Of a DNA stretch of 64,000 nt, positions 55,784 to 64,000 are shown in pieces. The translations under genes and the position numbers were made by a program. Under the pieces are notes generated by a model. That model had not been told where the DNA came from. It worked only from the letters and a program-made list of their open reading frames with translations, and made no database searches. Positions within the stretch are counted from its first letter, which is position 1. Each line of letters begins with the position of its first letter. The stretch is from Octopus vulgaris (Eukaryota): assembly GCA_951406725.2 (NCBI GenBank), contig OX597815.1, positions 75,082,001-75,146,000 of the forward strand, read 5' to 3'.

Positions 55784-58700
55784 CAACAACTACCATAATG
55801 AGGATACTACGATGACGACATGTACTACATGAGTTGCTCTATAGTGGTTTTATGTATAAATTCCCTTTACATGAAATATTTTATGTTAGTACTATGTCCA
55901 GTTGTGTTAAGTCCATGGAAAAATTAACATATGTAGAACTCAATAATCTTCTCTAAGAAAAAGGGTTACAATAACACGTGTTTCATTAGCGCACGGTGAA
56001 AAGGTCAAATTGCTCTTTGTAGCTAAAAGTAACAAGAAGATAACGAAATGAATAGTTTCAAATAAGAAAAGAAAACCTATATGTGGGTTTAGTTCAAGTA
56101 GATCTAATTTACGCTGCCGTTCGCAACAATTATTCGTTAATTCTTTTACAAAAATGTTGGAATTGTTTTATAAATGAACGAAATGTGATGTTACGTCAGT
56201 CACCCCATTTCAATAGAGATTCAAGAAAAGGCCAAACAGGGGTTTCTGTAATATTAATCCGAGAATTCAGTGTTGGATTGCAGAGCTCACCGTACAAGTT
56301 TTAAATTTCTCTTTCTCTTTCGCTTCTCTTTCGTTCTCATCCATCCCCTTTCTCATGCACTCACATACATACACACATACACACTTAACATGTTACTCAT
56401 AAGCTAACCAGTTATTCATTTACATATCGCTTCTAAAGCTTCTAGGCATATCAGGTTTTCAGATAATTGTGCTCATTTACTCGCTACGAGATATATTAGC
56501 TCTTTTTAACGTCGCATCTCTCCGGAAGATGGATAAATTATGGCTAAAAGCTCTGATAACATTTTTTTTTATTTCTTTACTCAGGAACTATTTTATACTC
56601 CATTTCTAAATTAACAAGTTGTATAATTAGAACGAACGAACGGTTAATTGAGTTCCCAACAGCTCATACACAGACTATCATTCATATAATAAGCATACAT
56701 TTTTGTTGTTTATTTCCAGACGACAGTCAGTCCGCTGTAGCAGGCATTAGTTGCCTACTACAATGCTAGTCCATAATCTGTGATTAATCAACAGCTTTCT
56801 TCTATTTAAGAGTCCATAGAAAGCACCAAGTTTGTTGTAAGGACCTAGCTTGTAGTATATTTTTGATTGGTGGCATTCCACAATTTATATATATTATTTA
56901 TTTCAGAATGTACTTCCTATAGAATAAGAAAGAAAAAAAAATCTGCGATGAGTTTCATGTTCGCAGTTGATCTGTGATCGAAGGCTTTGTTTAAATTAAG
57001 TCTGTATATCTTTTTCGCAATAACTAATATATTCTTTGTAATACATCATAAGCCTGGTGTTGCAATTGGTTTTGGAAATACTGGAGAAAGTGACTGAGAT
57101 CTTTTTACAATTTTTATGTGTTCTTCTAGTCACCTTTTACGCAATCAGTATTTTCTGCTTTAAGAAAAGAAAATTCGAAACCTAACTGCGATTGCAACGT
57201 GGAAGACTCATTATAACCATTCGAAAACACTCACAGATTACTAATTTTACTTAATAATTTATTATTTAGTATAAAAATTTCCTTTCACTGTCTACAATTT
57301 GGTCACTGACACAGTTCTACTGAGTCTTCCCCACTGCAGTAGTTTTAGTTTCAATACACGGTCTCAGATCAAATCACTTGCCAGACAAGTACAACTCCCA
57401 AACCCAATATTTCTATAACAAGAGCATCACCATCATAACATATATTGATTGCCACAAGTGACATTATTTTCGTCATATATTTTTCTCGATTTCATTAACA
57501 TCTACTCTGCTCTTTACCGTTTCTTGCTATGATGTTAATCTTGCTCACTAAACTTTATTTATACCCGGAAATTCCTTAATCCAATTATATTCTTCCATCG
57601 ATATCGCGTCGCCATCTAAAACTTGCAATTTATATTTCTAACTAATTACTTCTTTTATGTTTCCCTTTATCACTTTTACCGTAACGTTGTAAGGTATAAA
57701 CTTCCTTTCTTAAGAATTTAATGCTTTTTTTATACGCTTTTATTATTATCATTTTTTGAAACTGGTTTCAGCTACTGGATTGCGGCCATGTTTGGGCACT
57801 GCTTTCAAGGGCTTCAGTTGATTTTTATTGACTCCAGTATATTTGGGAAATATTTTGTCGTACCAATCATACCTCAAGATATAATGAAACTCGATCGGGT
57901 GTAAAAGGAGGTAACCGAGTCAGATTGAAATATTACAGCATCTACCACTCGACACAAACACAAAATACACATACGCGTACACACGCACACATACGTATAA
58001 ATGTGTGCGTGTGTATATGTGTTTGCATGTGTACTCCTATGCATTAAACTATAGTGTCACCCATCATTTGAGTAACTTTGGAAGTATGCTTTTGCCATCA
58101 TGAGTAATATCAGAAAGTATGGCATACATATAATAATTATGATTTAACTATTATCCAATTTCTTGGTGTCTATAGAGAATGATGAAATGAATACTATTTT
58201 TCAAAAGAAAAATATTTATCATCTTCAGTTAAAATTATAGAAGATAAATTTCTCATTCGTATGACTCATCCCACAAAATTTCTCTTTCAGCCCTCCTCCC
58301 CTGTCTCTATGATTCTTTCTTTATCACTATGTGTGTATGTAGCTTTGTTTTACTCATTATCTGCCACCAGGCCTAGCATGTGAACTTATTATGTACCGCT
58401 CATGTTAACTGTATCTCTTTTTTACTCTGTCTCCTCTCTCTACATGAAATAAATCGTGACTGAAGTAATTAATCAACCAGCCACCCAACCAACAAACCAA
58501 CCTGTATTTTTGTCGGCTATTCTTATATAGACATTTTCTTGAAGCATAGAAAATATCTCTGTTACTAGGATCGATAGAATATGTACTGATGAAGTTAAAA
58601 TAGGTATCCATTGTGAAGGGTCAGTTTAATTATTTGCTCCCTGCATTAAATTTGTGGCTTGGTGTTTATGCTAGAAACCATTATTATTAAAGATGCAGAA

Positions 58701-58854
58701 TTTCTGAATAAAGACCGTGTAATTTAGTTACGTCTCTTTATACTCTAGATTCCAATTCCCGCCAAGGTGGGCTTAAGCGTTTTATTTTTAGGTCGATATT
58801 ATTAATAGGTGCTAGTAATGTATCGAAAGTCGGTTCAGTCAACTATATTGTTAC

Positions 58855-59062
58855 AAATTTTGGCACAAGGGCCAGCAATTTCAGGAGAAGGGGTTCGTCA
58901 ATTGTATCAGTCCAAGTAAATGACTTGCATTTTATTTTATCGAGCCCGAAAGGATGAAAAACATTGTTGACCTCGGCAAGATTTGAACTCAGAACAAAAA
59001 GAGCTTGAAGAGGTGTTACTAAGCATTTTGTTCAACGCGTTAACGATTCTGCCAGCTCGCCA
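58855..59062 (-). mobile_element. Type A SINE
   Basis: cccgaaaggatgaaa...tttgaactcagaac...taacgattctgccagctcgcc. Confidence 0.85.
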
Positions 59063-59132
59063 TCTTCAGTCAGTCAACTATATTCCTTCTCTACAAATTC
59101 TAGGCCTAGTGCCAATAAAAGAATTATTATTG

Positions 59133-59206
<74 letters not shown>

Positions 59207-59207
<1 letters not shown>

Positions 59208-59955
59208 TATGTTTGACTTTTGCTTTATATTTGTACAAGTTGGCTCCAAGTCTCACCCAGAGACCTCAAGAGACAACAGGTTGGAAGTTCATGTTGTTAT
59301 GCCTAGTGTGCCATATATTTGGTTTTGTATTTAGTGTTGTACTAGTGAATGTCTTAAAAAAAAACAAAAAAACCCCGAAAATTATGTTTGTTTTAAAACT
59401 TGAGATTACATAGAAAGTATTTTGCGTAGGATATGAGCAGTTCCCATGAGCACTATCTTTTGAATTTCTGCCATTTTGGGGTTTCCTGGTATCTGAGTTA
59501 GGTAGCAATCAGCCCCTTTTGCTATCATTCCCAGGGCACCTATGACAACAGGTATTGTTTTAGACTTCAGGTTCCACATTTTGCTGATTTCTATTTCAAG
59601 ATCTTTATATTTTCTCAGTTTCTGGTAGGTCTTGAGAGATACGTTTATATCGATTGGGACAGTCATATCAATGAGGAGGCATGTTCTTTGTCTGAAGTCT
59701 TTCAATGTGATGTCCGGCCTATTTGCATCTATCTTTCTGTCAGTTTGAATGGTGAAGTTCCAGAGGAGTGAGATGTGGTCATTTTCAAGCACTAGAGGTG
59801 GTTTGTGTTCCCACCAGTTTATTTCATGGGGCAAATCCAGGTTTTTGCAAATTACCCAGTGAATATATTGTGCAGCTCTATCATGCCTGTTGAGATACTC
59901 TGTAGGCGCTAGAAGACTGCACTTGGAGACAACATGATCAATGGTTTCATTTTTT
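59207..59955 (-). mobile_element. 5'-truncated R4/Dong-like LINE: RLE domain, 3' UTR and (TAA)n tail
   Basis: ORF 59406-59834 RPDI...CLLIDMTVP...KLRKYKDL...IPVVIGALG...IQKIVLMGTAHILRKIL is a PD-D restriction-like endonuclease; ETIDHVVS zinc finger lies upstream; (TAA)n on both sides. Confidence 0.92.
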
Positions 59956-60000
59956 ATTTATTATTATTATTATTATTGTTGTTGTTGTTGTTGTTGTTGT

Positions 60001-60086
<86 letters not shown>

Positions 60087-60668
60087 GCACACACATTTTT
60101 CTTTATTTTGATTGTTTTTATTTTTCAAAATATTTTTTGATGTTGTTAACACTGTTGTTATTAGCTTAATGTTTAATAGTTTTATAATTGTCGTTAATTA
60201 ATTACTAAAAAAGCAAACAAATAATAAAAAAAAAACATTGCTAGTTCATATCTTGTGTCTACTTAAATACAATCAGTTATTTTTAATTTATGAACGATAA
60301 TGAGTATTAGTGTTCATAATTGACACCAGCGGCTATAGATTAGGCCTAATATTGATAGTAAATAGTCATATAGTTGATTTTTTTTCATTATTTGTGTGTG
60401 CTTTATCTAATGTTATTTTTGTTATTAATTTTACGTAGTTTCATGTCTTCTGTTATTACTGCCATTACAATTCATTCAGCATTTTCTTTGTTCGTTTGTT
60501 TATTTTACATTTTATAGGTAAGGAAGATAAACCAGGTCGGTCGGTCGTATTAATCTAACTCCATATTCTCCGGGGCTAAATTGAGAACTGAGTCATTCAG
60601 CTTTTGTCTCTATTAGTTTCCCTTCTATTTCATCTTCTTCTCAGTCTGTCTGTCTGTACCTCTCTCTT

Positions 60669-60715
<47 letters not shown>

Positions 60716-60800
60716 TTCTCTCTCTGTTTATCTCCTTTATTCTAACTCTTTGCTCAATTTGCAAAATTATGCACTCACACACATACTATTCTCACAAGCA

Positions 60801-60937
<137 letters not shown>

Positions 60938-60947
60938 GCATACACAC

Positions 60948-60983
<36 letters not shown>

Positions 60984-61139
60984 CATACATATATATATAC
61001 ATATATACATACATACGTACGTACATATATATACATACATATACACGCATACATACACATATATGAATATTTATGCACACATGTAAACATACATACGTAG
61101 TAACACACATATCTATGTATATATGCTTGTATGTTCGTA

Positions 61140-61200
<61 letters not shown>

Positions 61201-61637
61201 CGTATGAGATGTGCCGTATGGGTAGGCAAGGCTGACAGTTCCTACTCCGACAAAAACCATAAATATTAATTATTTAATATAAAAGTAAATGATATCCAAT
61301 TCATTATAACAATATTAATTTAATGCATGAAATTCAGTAAATTGCTAACATTTTATGTGAGACAAATTACTATTTCTCCGTTCATTTAACTTCAATAATT
61401 ACGTATACTATGCGTAACGCTGTTGAGCCCATGCGCCGTGAGTGACGTTTTAGGAGGACACAGCTATTATAATATCATAAATGCAGGCTGATTTCTGTCT
61501 GTTTGATTACTCAGTGTTTGATTGAAGAGTACATATGCGCGTGATGCATTCTGTGGGAGTTTACCTCTAATGAGTGAACTAATTTTTAGAGACATATTCA
61601 ATGTGAGTGTATAAAATAGCAATATACAGAAGCACAC

Positions 61638-61673
<36 letters not shown>

Positions 61674-61866
61674 ACTCCTCCCCATAGTGTTCATACATAC
61701 ATGCGTGTATGCAGACGTAATACATGTGTGTATATCTATGTACGTCTGTGTGTGTGTGTTTGAGTGTGTATGAAAATAACTGTAAAAATACAAATTTCAT
61801 ATATATGAGTGTGTGTGTGTGTGCATCGATAGTTATGTCTATCGATCAGTCAATCAACCATTCAGT

Positions 61867-61954
<88 letters not shown>

Positions 61955-62189
61955 GTCTGTCTTTTTGTCTGTCTGCATATCAGTCTGTCTATCTGTTGGT
62001 ATGTATATATAAATGTATGTCGTATGTATGTATGTATGTATGTATGTATGTATGTATGTATGTATGTATGTATGTATGTATGTATGTATTTATGTATGTA
62101 TAAATGTTAATGTTTTTTACGCTTATTCGTAGGGACAATTCACTTAACCTTTATTACAATACACACGCGTGCACGCATACCCAAACCCA

Positions 62190-62243
<54 letters not shown>

Positions 62244-62507
62244 CACGTGTATTATTTATATAACATATTCTCAAGACAACTAGATAATGCTACCGAGCGA
62301 TTCCATGCTGATATCATTGTTGAAGTTGAGGTGTAAATTGGCATTCATCAGACATGGCTGAACGAGAAAGTTTGGTCTGGAAGACTCGTTCATATCTACA
62401 CACCTTTGAAGCTGAATGATACCTATCTAGGGGGCAACATTTCTGTATGCCTTAGCCAGAGGAACATCTTTTAATATCTGACCCATAAATTAAAAGCCTT
62501 TGACATG

Positions 62508-62985
62508 TACTGCCATTCCGGGCGCGAAATTTTTTTCCCACGAGAGTTCCGGACCTCAGTTGTGAACTCATTTGCATACAGCCAATCAGAGCTCAACTAT
62601 CAAACTAATTTATGAGCGCATAAGTTATGTGCGATAAGATAAGGTCACTTGGGTAAGAAATGGCCATGCTTCTTTTTTCTTTTAATAATGCTTGTTGTTC
62701 TTGTTCTCGTTTGAACCATGGCTGCGTAGTTATTTGTGTTGTTGTTTACTTTGTAAAACAGTAAGTTGCTAACACATTACCCTCTACCCACATTTTTCAC
62801 GCCCACATCTTAACCGTATGGGGTCCTAACAAAGTCCGACAATTCTTCGTCTTGAATTTGCTTGGTAGAGTGTGTTTGTTAACGTGACATGGTCAAGGTG
62901 AGCTCTGATTGGCTGTATGCAAATGAGTTCATTACTGGAGTCCGGAACTCTCGTGGGGAAAAAATTTTGCCTCCTGGGCATTGTA
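62508..62985. mobile_element. MITE or non-autonomous DNA transposon with about 70-bp TIRs
   Basis: 62527-62596 is a near-perfect reverse complement of 62899-62968; possible TA target sites at the outer ends. Confidence 0.75.
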
Positions 62986-64000
62986 GACCTCAGAGTAGTG
63001 GTGACCAAGGGGCTCTTCCATAGTCAACAAAACTCCCGAAATCTCGGGCTGGAGCTTTACCGCTGGATGAAGTTTAATGTCTTGCCTAGGTCAGGGTCCT
63101 AGAACTTCTTAAAAATCACACATTTTCCCCACCGTTATAATTTCTCCAGTTAAACCACAACAAAGAACAATCTTTATTAAATAATTTATTAACATTAAAC
63201 TAATGTGGCTTTCTTATTCTGTATTACTATTTTATTTTCTCCGTTGGTAAAGTTAGATTTCAGTTTTGATAGGAATTATAAGAAATACGATGTTAGTTTC
63301 GTAATATCAATAAAAATCGTATAGCTCAATCTTCTCTCCGTACGGTTTGGTGTTTTCCTGTTTTAAATGATACAGTACGCTTTGACGTACATTTCTAAAT
63401 ATCTATAAAATTCAAATATTTTGACTTCTCTCCCTTTCTTTTTCTCTCTATTCCCCCCCTCTCTCTCATCTCTCTTATAAACCCGATGGCATGAAACAAG
63501 GGTTTCCTTGTCAGTAATTTAGCTTTTCCAGTTAAAATGAAATTAGTTTTGTGCTTATTTGTTCCAACAAACCAAATTATAATCAAAGCACAAAAAACAT
63601 TATTTAGATATTTATATAAAATCAAATTATGCAAGTTTTATGACGTGGAAGTAACAAATTATTATTCTGCTTTTTAAATCAGGTCAAACGTTAAACCAAA
63701 AGGAAGTGGAAGAATAGAATAGAATACAAGATTATAATAGAAAATAGAATCGGAGAATAGTAGAATAGAAAATTCTGTTTCGGAAAATGATTTGTCTTCA
63801 CTTAGATTTTTTTGTGAAGTGACAAAGACAAATATAAACGCATCTGACGGCTGCTGAAATTGAGCAGGGCATATTCATTAAAGAAATTTCAGCAGGGTAT
63901 ATTCAAGAAAGAAGTTTTTAAGGCATTAAAGCATGTAATATAGAACCAACGTCGCACACAGAACGACCGGTGATTTTTTGAGACATCTTTCTTTTTTTTT

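Noticed and set aside
59406-59834. Stand-alone nuclease gene
   Set aside because: It is the C-terminal RLE domain of a 5'-truncated Dong-like LINE; the frame continues upstream into the zinc-finger remnant and ends in (TAA)n.

Overview
AT-rich eukaryotic intergenic or intronic DNA. The SINE motifs and the very dense microsatellites point to an octopus (coleoid cephalopod) genome; this is inferred from recalled repeat motifs, not from a database search. No intact host protein-coding gene, rRNA or tRNA gene can be supported, and nearly all ORFs in the track are translations of (TA)n, (CA)n, (TACA)n, (TCTA)n or trinucleotide repeats. The window is a mosaic of four tRNA-derived SINE types (dozens of copies) and decayed retroelements: Ty3/gypsy LTR plus gag, L1/Tx1-like, R4/Dong-like RLE, RTE, CR1-group and Penelope-like. 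It also holds DNA-transposon relics (Tc1/mariner, a piggyBac-like MITE, a DINE/HINE-like element, palindromic MITEs). The most notable observations are: an RTE insertion with twin-priming-type 5'-inversion geometry; an intact minimal type I hammerhead ribozyme motif; a SINE subfamily whose 3' tail resembles the 3' end of the local Tx1-like LINE; a non-coding (TAA)n-tailed element clustered with Dong-like fragments; a MITE whose TIRs carry octamer plus CCAAT boxes; a pre-miRNA-like hairpin; and several local inverted or direct duplications. Repeat boundaries were read by eye and are approximate.
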